From: an uncultured Candidatus Rokubacteria bacterium | Lineage (GTDB): Bacteria > Methylomirabilota > Methylomirabilia > Rokubacteriales > CSP1-6 | DNA: 64,000 nt | Reading direction: 5' to 3' | Assembly: GCA_963758635.1 (NCBI GenBank) | Contig: CAVWWD010000005.1 | Span: 192,001-256,000, forward strand | In this document: in pieces, positions 41,234 through 50,218 of the stretch | Layout of the letters: every line of letters starts with the position of its first letter | Numbering within the stretch: the first letter of the stretch is position 1 | Made by a program: the position numbers and the translations under genes | Notes under the pieces: model-generated | What the model saw: the letters and a program-made list of their open reading frames with translations, nothing else | Told to the model about the DNA's origin: nothing | The model's database searches: none

Positions 41234-42112
41234 TCAGATCCGGGCGCGCTCCGCGCGCCGCGCGTGCGGGGCCACGCGCACCCGCGCGGGGAGCAGCGGA
41301 AGCACGCGGCGCACGAGCGCGGCGGCCCCGCGGAGCGCGCGCTCGCGGGCGGGACTCCACGCGTAGCCGTACATCTCGCGCACGGCGGGAGGCAAGAGCC
41401 CGGCGGTGACGAGCTCCACCGCGGGGGCGATCACGCGCAGCGCCGGCACGGCGGGCGGGCGGAAGACGAGGCGCGCCTGCGCCCGCGCGGTCGCGCCGAC
41501 CGCGATCCGGCCACTCGCGAGCATCTCGGCCACGTAGGCGTCGAACGCTTCGAGGGTGGGCGGCGTGACCGCGGGCGGCACGTCGAGCCGGCGCGCGAGC
41601 TCGCACGACCCGGCGTAGTACTCGGCGGCCGCCCGCGCTGACAGGGGCCGGACGAACCGCGTGTAGGCGCGAAGGCTGGAATCGATCAGCGTGGCGTGCA
41701 CCCATAGCCGGAGCTCGGGATCGTCGGCGTCGTAGGCGGTGCCGGCGGGAAAGACGCCGACGCCCTCGGTGAGCACGCCGTGCACGCGCCGGTGGACGCG
41801 GCGGAGCCCCTCCGCCGCCGCCGTCGTCGCGGCCGGCGAGCCGAACACGAGCGTGTACATCGGGCCGAGGGTCGCGAGCAGCCGGCCGATGGGATCGCGC
41901 GCGAAGCGGCTGTGATCGGCGACTCCCGCCGCCACGAGCGGGTGAGCGAGCTGGAGCAGCAGCGCCCGGCCGGCGCCCAGGAGCAGCGCGAGCTCGCGGT
42001 GGACAGTCCAGATCGCGAGGTCCGGCGTGAACGCCGGCGCGGCGGCCACGGGCGCGGCGAACGCCGGCACCGCCGCCGCCGGCGGGGCGGCCGCCGGCGG
42101 GGCCAGGCTCAA
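41234..42112 (-). CDS. Oxygenase MpaB / DUF2236 family protein
   Basis: G.GRALLLQLAHPLVAAGV.DHS.F, H..V.G, Y.A.DP.L.LWVHATL. Confidence 0.8.
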   Translation of the reverse strand: MSLAPPAAAPPAAAVPAFAAPVAAAPAFTPDLAIWTVHRELALLLGAGRALLLQLAHPLVAAGVADHSRFARDPIGRLLATLGPMYTLVFGSPAATTAAAEGLRRVHRRVHGVLTEGVGVFPAGTAYDADDPELRLWVHATLIDSSLRAYTRFVRPLSARAAAEYYAGSCELARRLDVPPAVTPPTLEAFDAYVAEMLASGRIAVGATARAQARLVFRPPAVPALRVIAPAVELVTAGLLPPAVREMYGYAWSPARERALRGAAALVRRVLPLLPARVRVAPHARRAERARI

Positions 42113-42444
42113 CGGGAGTCGCCTCCGGGCGGCCGGTAGCCCGCGCCCTGGGCGAGGAGCAGAGCGTCGAATCCCTCGTCCGGGCTCATGAGCGGCGTGG
42201 TCTTGATGCCCTTCACGGCGCCGCCCGCCGCCACCGCCATCGACGCGGCGGCCGCGTTGACGTTGCTGGGCACGTCGACCAGGAGCATCACGTCGAACTC
42301 GCCGAAGGAGTAGTACCAGGCGAGGATCTGGCCGCCCAGCTTCTCCATGACGGGCCTGAGCGCCTCCATGCGATTCTCCGGCCGCTGAACGAGCTTTCCC
42401 CACGCGCCGCTGGTGTAGGACGCCTGGATCATGTAGACGGCCAT
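42109..42444 (-). CDS. GYD domain protein
   Basis: Y..Q.SYT, P.NR, GG....YYSFGEFDV, TTPL. Confidence 0.8.
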   Translation of the reverse strand: MAVYMIQASYTSGAWGKLVQRPENRMEALRPVMEKLGGQILAWYYSFGEFDVMLLVDVPSNVNAAAASMAVAAGGAVKGIKTTPLMSPDEGFDALLLAQGAGYRPPGGDSR

Positions 42445-42579
42445 GGCCTGACCTCCTCGTGGTCGTGCGAACGACGTGACCCCGGTGAGCTGGAAGGAAT
42501 GCCCTACCGTAGACCTCGGGCGCGGGACCGGTCAAGGCGACGGACATCGAGCCGATCACCGGATCTCATCGGCGAACCA

Positions 42580-42659
42580 GTGAGCCCCGCGCATCAGACT
42601 AACGCCGGGCGGTGGGACTGTAGAGGCCCGTGGCGGTTACCGTATTCTGCGAGGGTCAC
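42580..42659 (+). repeat. Repeat family 1, copy 5
   Basis: 80-bp copy flanked CCA-GTGA...TCAC-TGG. Confidence 0.85.
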
Positions 42660-42759
42660 TGGCTCCGAAGCGTGTTGACGGTGAGTCGGGAAACTATACG
42701 ATCCCGTGACACGCGAGGCGGAGATCAGTGTAACTATCTGTAACTCATGGCGTTCGGTG

Positions 42760-42776
42760 TGGGCACCAAAGCTGCA
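42760..42776 (+). promoter_or_regulatory. Putative sigma54 promoter of the B-A fusion gene
   Basis: TGGGCACCAAAGCTGCA = GGCAC core with GG-N10-GC; AT-rich TAACT repeats upstream. Confidence 0.5.
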
Positions 42777-42862
42777 GTATGTGGCCCTGGGTTTTCCCGC
42801 TTCTGGGGTAGGATCGTGCGGCCAGCCGTCCGATCGACATCAGCGCGTGCGAAGGGGAGCGA

Positions 42863-43408
42863 ATGGACCGTCTTCTGTTCCTGGTGGCGCGAGACCAGCC
42901 CGACCTGTGGGATCAGCTCAACAAGGAGTTCTCCGGGCGCGACGTGGCCGTGGTGGTGGATCGCCGTCGAGGCGAGCGCCGCCGGGCCGAGGCGTCGAGC
43001 GCGGACAATCGCCGACAAACGGAGCGGCGCGAGAGCGCCGAGGTGGACCGCGAGGTCCGCTCCCGCGGCTTCTCGGTGATCCGGCTCGACGGAGCCGCGC
43101 ACCGCGAGGGCAACCCGCGGGCGGTGCGCACGGTGCAGGCGTACATCCAGGAACGGTTCCGTCACTTCACCACGGTGACCTCGTGGGATGCGCGACGCGA
43201 AGGACAGACCTTCGTCATCTTCAACGGCGCGGGCCGGCCGGCGCACCGCGTCCTCTTCGATCGTGAGTTCCTGGACTACTACGGCTCCTCGATGGCCGAC
43301 CGCATCGCGAGCGTGCTCGACGAGTGGAAGCTCACGAGCTACCTCGAGGGCGTGGGCTCACAGCTCGTCGTGGTCTCCAGCTACGGGGTTCGCTCCACCG
43401 ACCACTGA
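42863..43408 (+). CDS. Hypothetical two-domain protein (domain B fused to domain A)
   Basis: GGGGAG SD; halves align to 40485-40727 and 39783-40100. Confidence 0.8.
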   Translation: MDRLLFLVARDQPDLWDQLNKEFSGRDVAVVVDRRRGERRRAEASSADNRRQTERRESAEVDREVRSRGFSVIRLDGAAHREGNPRAVRTVQAYIQERFRHFTTVTSWDARREGQTFVIFNGAGRPAHRVLFDREFLDYYGSSMADRIASVLDEWKLTSYLEGVGSQLVVVSSYGVRSTDH

Positions 43409-43444
43409 CCAGCGGCGGCGCGCCGTGGCCTGGCGCGCCTCGAT

Positions 43445-44458
43445 CTAGCGCGCCTCGATCTGGCGGAGAGCATCGCGCGCCGCCACCCTGAGCTCCTCGC
43501 GTAGCACACCTTCCTTCTGCCTGAGCACCGCATCCCGGGTCGACGTGTCCAGATCGTGTGCGCGATCGCTCTCGGCGAGGCGGCGGAGCTCGGGCACGGC
43601 CTCGCGGGCCGCGGGGCCGATGCCGCCCAGCGCGGACGCGGCGCTCGTGCGCACCGACGTGTTCTGGTCGCGCAGCGCGGCCCGGAGCGCGGGCACCGCC
43701 GCTCGCGCGTCGGGGCCGATGCTCCCGAGGGCCGAGCAGGAGCTCATGCGGAGCACGGCGTTGCCGTCGCGGAGCGCCTGGACAAGGGCGGGCACGGCGT
43801 CCCGCCCCGCCGGCCCCATGCCGGCCAGGCCGAGCGCGGCGCCCACCCGCACCTCGCCCGCGGGATCGGTCAGCGCGCGCGCCAGGGCGGGCACGGCGTC
43901 GCGCGCGGCGGCCCCCACGCGGCCCAGCGCGACCGCGACGTCGAAGCGCACGCGCGGCTCCCGGTCGCGGAGCCCGCGCGCGAGCGCGGGCGATGCCTCG
44001 GCCGCCGCCGGCCCCACCTGACCGATCCCGCGCGCCGCGCTCACGCGTACGTCGGGGTCGGGGTCGCGGAGGCCCTCGACCAGGCGAGGCACCGCGGCCT
44101 CGCCGAAGAACGCGAGCGCGGAGAGCGCGGCGGCGCGGCCCCGCGGCGCGGGATCTCGGAGGTCCTCCTGCCACTCGGCGAAGGTGCGCCCGCGCCAGCG
44201 CTCGTGGGGCGCCAGCGCGCGGGCGCGCGCCGACGACGCTGGCGGCGGCGCGGGCCGCGACGAGCCGGCATCGAGGCCGCGCGACACGCGCTCGGCCTGG
44301 CGGCGATACGCCTCGGGCACCTGGTTCAGGTCGTCGGCCATGTGGACCGCGCCCGTCTCGTCGGTCCAGCGGTAGATCTGGGCGACGGCGGGCAGGGGGC
44401 CGAGCACGCAAGCGAGCGCGGCGACGGCCAGTCCGACGCGCCCACGCATCGCGCTCAC
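43445..44458 (-). CDS. Exported DUF4124 + HEAT-repeat protein
   Basis: Signal peptide, IYRWTDETG.VH..D; repeated AVPAL..AL.D....VR..AA.ALG. Confidence 0.8.
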   Translation of the reverse strand: MSAMRGRVGLAVAALACVLGPLPAVAQIYRWTDETGAVHMADDLNQVPEAYRRQAERVSRGLDAGSSRPAPPPASSARARALAPHERWRGRTFAEWQEDLRDPAPRGRAAALSALAFFGEAAVPRLVEGLRDPDPDVRVSAARGIGQVGPAAAEASPALARGLRDREPRVRFDVAVALGRVGAAARDAVPALARALTDPAGEVRVGAALGLAGMGPAGRDAVPALVQALRDGNAVLRMSSCSALGSIGPDARAAVPALRAALRDQNTSVRTSAASALGGIGPAAREAVPELRRLAESDRAHDLDTSTRDAVLRQKEGVLREELRVAARDALRQIEAR

Positions 44459-45051
44459 GAGCCACCGGGCCGGCGCCGCGCGGCGATGCGGCGGCGCGCG
44501 TACTCACGCAGGGCACGGCGGATGCCCGGAAACGCCACCTGGGCCAGGGGCAAGCGGGTCAGCGGGAACCACGCCAGCTCGCTGACGTCGCTGCGCGGCC
44601 GCGGCGTGCCCGAGAGCCCCGCCGCGTACACGATGGCGAGCAGGGGAGTCCCGCCGCGCCCGTACGTGTCGTTGAAGAATCCGAACAGGCTCGGCCGGCG
44701 CGGCGCCGCACCCAATTCCTCGCGCAGCTCGCGCCGCAGCGCGCGCTCCGGATGCTCGCCCGCCTCGAGAAATCCGCCCGGGATGTCCCACGTGCCCTCG
44801 TACGGGGGCGCGCCGCGCCGGGCGAGGAGGATGCGCCCGCCGCGCTCGATGATCGCTCCCGCCGCGGGGACGGGATTGTCGTAAAACGTGTAGCCGCAGC
44901 GCGCGCAGCGCCGCCTCGCGCGTCCTTCCTCGCGGACGGTGGCGAGCCGGGCGCCGCAGGCCAGGCAGTGGCGGGCACGCTGGTGGGCGCGTCGCGAGGG
45001 CGGCGCTTTCGGGTTTGGCACTTTCGCGTTTGGCAGGCTCGGCTTCCGCAC
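44455..45051 (-). CDS. Zinc-ribbon NUDIX hydrolase (start uncertain)
   Basis: C..CG..C..CG..FY.NP.P; PGGFLE.GE....A..RE..EE.G. Confidence 0.82.
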   Translation of the reverse strand: MRKPSLPNAKVPNPKAPPSRRAHQRARHCLACGARLATVREEGRARRRCARCGYTFYDNPVPAAGAIIERGGRILLARRGAPPYEGTWDIPGGFLEAGEHPERALRRELREELGAAPRRPSLFGFFNDTYGRGGTPLLAIVYAAGLSGTPRPRSDVSELAWFPLTRLPLAQVAFPGIRRALREYARRRIAARRRPGGS

Positions 45052-45052
45052 T

Positions 45053-45145
45053 CTAGTTCACGGTTCTGTCCACTGCATTACCCTATCCGCTCGGCTCGCC
45101 TTCGGCTGCAGCTCCTCGCAAAGCCCGCAAGGTATGCAAGGCTAG
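45053..45145 (-). repeat. Repeat family 2, diverged copy bounded by CTAG at both ends
   Basis: Reverse complement contains GCCGAAGGCGAGCCGAGCGGATAGGGTAATGCAGTGGA..AACC..AACTAG. Confidence 0.65.
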
Positions 45146-45146
45146 C

Positions 45147-45175
45147 TTGAGCCGTGGCGCTCACCCGTCTAGACT
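45147..45175 (+). promoter_or_regulatory. Sigma70 promoter, leaderless transcript
   Basis: TTGAGC-17 bp-TAGACT, ATG 7 nt later. Confidence 0.55.
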
Positions 45176-45182
45176 ACGGGCC

Positions 45183-45443
45183 ATGGCCGACTCGTTCAAA
45201 GAGTTCGAGGCCGAGAGCCTCTTCTGCGCGAAGTGCCAGCGCGCGACCCCCGTGCGCAAGCGCCTCCTCCTCGTTCTGCCCACCGGCAACAAGTACGACT
45301 ACCTCTGCAGCGCGTGCGGCGCCGCCGTCGGCGGCAAGACCGACAACGACGCGACCGATTTCCATCGCGCCGCGCCGCCGCCCACCGGGCTTCCGGGCCC
45401 GAGCGCGCCACGCGGACCCATCCCGCTCCGCCGGCGGCGCTGA
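45183..45443 (+). CDS. Small zinc-ribbon hypothetical protein
   Basis: C..C and C..CG pairs; RKRLLLVLP.G. Confidence 0.7.
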   Translation: MADSFKEFEAESLFCAKCQRATPVRKRLLLVLPTGNKYDYLCSACGAAVGGKTDNDATDFHRAAPPPTGLPGPSAPRGPIPLRRRR

Positions 45444-45475
45444 CCCGGAAAAACGCGCGGCGGCGCGCCCTTTCC

Positions 45476-45504
45476 TTGACTCACCTGCGTCACCCTCTTA
45501 GCAT
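45476..45504 (+). promoter_or_regulatory. Sigma70 promoter of bactofilin-TPR genes
   Basis: TTGACT-17 bp-TAGCAT. Confidence 0.55.
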
Positions 45505-45546
45505 GAGGACCATGATCGCTCGCCGGCACGCGGCCGCGGCTCGTCC

Positions 45547-46023
45547 ATGGGCGTCGTGAAATCGACGCTCGGTTACCTCGGCCTCAGCGGATCCGCCGAG
45601 GACGAGGAGGCCGGGCCCGCCGCGCCGATCCGCCGCGAGGTCCGAGCCGACGCCGGCGACGCCGCGCTCATCGGCGCGCGCCTGTCCTTCCGCGGCGAGA
45701 TCAGCGGCGAGGGCGACTTCCGCATCCTCGGCACGTTCGAGGGCGAGATCAACGTCACCGGACGCGTCTTCGTGGGCGAGGGCGCGCAAGTGGACGCCAA
45801 CATCAACGCCGCCGCCATCGTGATCGGCGGCTCGGTGCGCGGGAACCTCTCGGCCACCACGCGCGTCGAGATCCTGCCGTCGGGCGTCCTCACCGGCTCG
45901 CTGCGCACGGGCAGCTTCTCCGCCGCCGACGGCGCGTCGGTCAAGGGCGAGATCTGGGTGGAGCGCCCGGCGGCGCCGAAGGCCGGCGCCGAGCCCGAGC
46001 CGCGCGGCGGCCGCCCGTCATGA
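45547..46023 (+). CDS. Bactofilin (polymer-forming cytoskeletal protein)
   Basis: IG....F.GEI.G.G...I.G..EG.I...G.V.VG..A.V.A.I beta-helix pattern. Confidence 0.85.
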   Translation: MGVVKSTLGYLGLSGSAEDEEAGPAAPIRREVRADAGDAALIGARLSFRGEISGEGDFRILGTFEGEINVTGRVFVGEGAQVDANINAAAIVIGGSVRGNLSATTRVEILPSGVLTGSLRTGSFSAADGASVKGEIWVERPAAPKAGAEPEPRGGRPS

Positions 46024-46661
46024 GCTGGCTCCCGGCCTCGCCGCTCATCCGCGGCATCGTCCTCGGCGCGGTGGCCCTGGTCATCGTCGCCGGGCTCGGC
46101 GGCGCCGGCTGGGCCTGGTACAGCGCCCAGGAAACGCGCGCCCGCGAGGCCTACGTCGAGGTCAACGAGCTGGTCCGCCAGTCCCAGGCTCCCGCGGCCA
46201 CTGCCGACCAGCGGGCACGCGCGGTGACCGCGCTCGAGAACATCCTCGCCACTCACGGGCGCTCGGGCGTCGTCCCGCAGGCCGGGTTCCAGCTCGGCAA
46301 CCTCCGCTACGCGGAGGGACAGTACGCCAAGGCGCGCGGCGCCTACCAGGTGGCCCTCGCGGGCGGCGCCTCCGGAAGCCTCAAGGCGCTCTGCGCCCTT
46401 GGCATCGCCTACACGTGGGAGGCGGAGAAGGACTACGCCAAGGCCCTGACCGCGTACGAGGCCGCGCTGGCCGGCCGGGGGGCCTCGGACTTTCTCTACG
46501 AGGAGATCCTCGCGGACCTGGGCCGAGTCCAGGAGCTGGGCGGCCAGCGTCAGGCCGCGATCGACACGTACCAGCGCATCCTGAAGGACGTCCCGGACAG
46601 CCGTCGCGCCGACGACATCCGCTCGCGCCTCGCGAGCCTCCGCAGCACGCCCGCGAAGTAG
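46020..46661 (+). CDS. Membrane-anchored TPR protein (YfgM-like)
   Basis: N-terminal TM helix followed by TPR helices. Confidence 0.7.
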   Translation: MSWLPASPLIRGIVLGAVALVIVAGLGGAGWAWYSAQETRAREAYVEVNELVRQSQAPAATADQRARAVTALENILATHGRSGVVPQAGFQLGNLRYAEGQYAKARGAYQVALAGGASGSLKALCALGIAYTWEAEKDYAKALTAYEAALAGRGASDFLYEEILADLGRVQELGGQRQAAIDTYQRILKDVPDSRRADDIRSRLASLRSTPAK

Positions 46662-46726
46662 CCGACCTCGCCGCGCGCCTTCGCCACCACGCACAGCTCT
46701 CCGGCGCCGTCCCCAAGCTCGCCATG

Positions 46727-46754
46727 TAGTCTGATAAGAGGGATTATGTTAAGT
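46727..46754 (+). other. dif: dif-like XerC/XerD chromosome dimer resolution site
   Basis: TAGTCTGATAA-GAGGGA-TTATGTTAAGT: 11+6+11 layout; right arm matches the E. coli XerD arm TTATGTTAAAT at 10/11; intergenic between convergent blocks. Confidence 0.85.
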
Positions 46755-46898
46755 ACAAGAACTCGGAGCACGCCCGAGAACCCCCCGACCACGCCACGCC
46801 TGCAGAAGGACCATTCCCTCGCGCCCACTGGCCACAGAGCGTTGCGCGAGGATCTGACCCCGAGGTGGCGTGCGCGCGCGGCTCGGGCGGTTCCGCGC

Positions 46899-48059
46899 TC
46901 AGGACCAGAGCCGGCGCGACGCGAGCACCGCGCCCTCGGCGAGGGTCGCGAGCTTGGCCCACACGACGCTGTCGGCCACCATGTCGGATCCCGCGAAGGT
47001 GCCGAACCCGCAGTCCACCGACGCGATGACGCGCGTGCGGTCGCCCACCGCGTCCACGACCTGGCAGATGCGGTCGGCCACGACCTCCGGGTGCTCGACG
47101 AAGTTGGTGGTCGAGTCGATGACGCCGGGCAAGAGCACCATGCCCGCGGGCAACGGATGACGCGTGAACACCTTCCACTCGTGGGCGTGGCGCGGGTTGG
47201 CCATCTCCAGCGAGAGGCCGCCGACCCGAGCGCGGTACAGGATCGGCAGGATGTCGACGAGCGGCACGTCGTGGACGTGCGGCCCGTCGTAGTTGCCCCA
47301 GCACACGTGCAGCCGCACCCGGTCGGGCGGGATGTTCTGGACGGCGTGGTTCACCGCCTCCACGTGCAGCGCGACCGCGTCCTGGAACTGGGACAGCGAC
47401 TGCTTCTGGAAGAACCGCACGCGCTCCATGGCGAGGTCGGGGGCGTCCAGCTGGAGCACGAAGCCGCGGGCGTGGATCAACTCGTACTCCTTGCGCAGCT
47501 CCCGGGCCAGCGCCATCACGTAGCGCTCGTGGGAGTCGTAGTGCGCGTTGAGCAGGATCGTCGCGGCCACGCCCGGGGTCGCCGCGGTCATGAACGGCTC
47601 GACGAAGCGCCGCGTCTCGCCCTCGGCCGCGCGGCGGAACAGGTCGCACTCCCGCTCGGCCTCGGAGAGGTCCGCGTACTCGACCTCGGCCACCGCCTGC
47701 GGCGCGTCGTTGATGCGGGCGGCGGAGCGCCGCCGGGCGCTCAGCATGGCCGCGTAGTCCGGGAACTCGATGAGGTCGAGCGACAGCGGCCGCGCGCTCG
47801 CCCCGCCGAACCCGCGCATGCGCCGCGCGACGTACGTCGAGAACCCCACGCGCGGCTGCTCGCCGTCGTTGCCCACGTCGATGCCGGCCTCGAGCTGCCG
47901 ACGCACCACGGTGCGCACGGCCTGCTCCACCTGGCGCGCGAGCTCCGCCTCATCGATCGCCTCACCCCGGTCCTGCCGCACCAGGAGGTCCCGGAGCGTG
48001 GGGTTCCGCGGCAGGCTGCCGACGTGGGTGGTGAGGATCCGATCCTGGCTCGTCTGCAC
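46899..48059 (-). CDS. Cobalamin-independent methionine synthase II family (MetE C-terminal-like) protein
   Basis: TTHVGSLPR, DGE, LQLDAPDL, H.CWGNY.GPH, PGVID, DCGF. Confidence 0.8.
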   Translation of the reverse strand: MQTSQDRILTTHVGSLPRNPTLRDLLVRQDRGEAIDEAELARQVEQAVRTVVRRQLEAGIDVGNDGEQPRVGFSTYVARRMRGFGGASARPLSLDLIEFPDYAAMLSARRRSAARINDAPQAVAEVEYADLSEAERECDLFRRAAEGETRRFVEPFMTAATPGVAATILLNAHYDSHERYVMALARELRKEYELIHARGFVLQLDAPDLAMERVRFFQKQSLSQFQDAVALHVEAVNHAVQNIPPDRVRLHVCWGNYDGPHVHDVPLVDILPILYRARVGGLSLEMANPRHAHEWKVFTRHPLPAGMVLLPGVIDSTTNFVEHPEVVADRICQVVDAVGDRTRVIASVDCGFGTFAGSDMVADSVVWAKLATLAEGAVLASRRLWS

Positions 48060-48174
48060 GATGCGTCTCCTCTCATCGGTTTCACGGATGGCGGAATTCG
48101 ACTCCGGCGCGCGCCCTCACATCGCGTTTCTGCGTGCGCGCGCGAAGCCACGTTCCGAATGATCGCAAGGTCTC

Positions 48175-50218
48175 TCAGTCGAGGACCACGAGGGCGTCCA
48201 CCGCGACGGCCTCCGATCCCTGGACGATGAGCGGGTTGACGTCGATCTCGCGGACCCGGGGATGGTCGGCGAGGACACGGCCGATCCCGACCAGGGCTCG
48301 CGCCACCGGCTCGGCCTCCCAGCCCGGCAGGCCACGGTACCCCGACGCGAGGCGGCGGCGAAGCCCGGCCGGGGCGATGGCCCGCGCCGTGTCGATCGCC
48401 ACGGGCGCGAGGGCCAGCGACACGTCGCCGACCGCCTCGGCGAGGAAGCCGCCCAGCCCGACCACGACCACCGGCCCGAATCCCTCGTCGCGCCGGCCCC
48501 CGGCGAGCAGCTCGCTGCCCGCGCGACACCTGCTCCTGCACCAGCACCGGCCCGCCGCCGACGTGGCCCGCGATGGTCGCCCACGCCCGGCTCACCCCCT
48601 CGAGGCTCGCCACGTCCGTGACCACGCCGCCGGCCTCGGTCCGGTGCAGCACGTCCGGCCGCGCCGTCTTGAGCACCACCGGGAACCCGATCCGCCACGC
48701 CGCCTCGCGCGCGGCGTCCTCGGAGTGCACGAGCACCTCGTGGCAGAAGCGCACGCCGTACGCGGCGAGGAGCTCGCGGGCCAGGTCGTAGGGCATCGGC
48801 CCGTGGGCGGAAGCCAGGATGGACTCCAGCTCCACACGAAGCACGGGCGGAGGCACCGCGGCCGGCACGGGCTCGGGCCCCTGCCCCGCCGTCCACAGCG
48901 CCCGGAAGGCGCGCACCGCACGCTCCGGCGTGGGATAGACGGGGACGCCGGCCTTTGCCAGCGTGGCCGAGACGCCGGGCGCGTCCACCGCGCAGGCGAC
49001 GAGAGGCTTGCCGGCGGCGCGCGTCGAGTCGACGAGGCCCGAGGCCAGCTCCGCCAGGTCGAGACCAACCGTGATGGCTATGACCCCACCGACCTGCATT
49101 TTCGCTACGATGCGCTCCACGGCCTCAGGGATCAGTCGAGGCTCGACCTGGGGCGTGAGGTCGATGGGGTTGCCGAGCGCGGCGAAGGCAGGCACGAGCG
49201 GGCGTAGCTCATCGCGAAGGGCGTCGGGCGTGGGCGGCACGGCGATTCCCAGGGCCTCCGCGACGTCCGCGGCGACCACCGAGGGTCCGCCCGACACCGT
49301 GACGATGGCGAGGCTGGCGTCGCTCGGCCGGGGGGCTCCGCCGGCCAGGGCCTGGATGGCGTCGAAGAGCTCCTCCGTCTCCCCGCACTGGACGACGCCG
49401 GCCGCGCGGAATGCGGCGGCGTGCACCTCCGCGGCCCCGGCGAGCGAGCCGGTGTGAGAGCCCGCCGCGCGGCGTCCGGCGTCGGTCCGGCCGCCCTTGA
49501 GCACCACCATCGGCTTGGCGGCGGTGACCCGACGCGCGGCCGCGACGAAGCGCCGGCCGTCCGGGACCGACTCCACGAAGCAGGCGACCAGACGCGTCTC
49601 GGGATCGCCGGCCAGGAACTCGAGCGCGTCGGCGACGCTCACGTCCGCCTGGTTCCCGATGGACAGGAACCGCGCCACGCCGAGGCCGAGCCCGCCCAGG
49701 TGCCGCACGATCAGCCCGCCGTAGGCGCCGCTCTGGGAGACGACGGCGATGCCGCCGGGCAGGCGCGGCAGCTCCCAGAAGTACGTCCCGTTCAGCGCGA
49801 CCGGCGCCGAGAACACGCCCATGCAGTTCGGCCCCACGAGCCGCATGCCCCCGGCGCGCGCGGTCTCCCGCAGCGCGGCCTGCTCGCGCCGGCCCCGGTC
49901 GTCGACCTCGCCGAACCCCGACGTGAGGATGACCGCCGCGCGCACGCCGCGGGCGGCGAGCGCGGTCACGGCGGGCAGGACCGCGGCGGGCGGGACGCTC
50001 ACGAGCGCGAGATCCACGCCGCGCGGCAGGTCGGCCACGTCGGCGAGGCTCGGACGGCCGAGGATGGGCTCGCCGGACGGGTTGACGACGAACACCTCGC
50101 CCGCGAAGCCGCCGCGGAGCACGTTGTCCAGCAGCACGTGACCCAGCTTGGCGGGGTTCCGCGAGGCGCCGAGGACGGCCACCCGGCGCGGCGCGAACAG
50201 GGCGTCGAGCGCGGTCAC
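48175..50218 (-). CDS. Acetate/acyl-CoA ligase (ADP-forming) alpha+beta fusion, frameshift in a G-run at ~48520
   Basis: GASRNP.K.G, GPNCMG, SQSG, SIGNQAD, SHTGSLAG, NPIDL, ATP-grasp EIDVNPL. Confidence 0.8.

Noticed and set aside
42580..42659. Family 1 repeat as an integron attC site (TAAC...GTTA inside a hairpin)
   Set aside because: Core spacing is too short, RYYYAAC/GTTRRRY is not met, copies lie beside core genes in both orientations, and there is no integrase.
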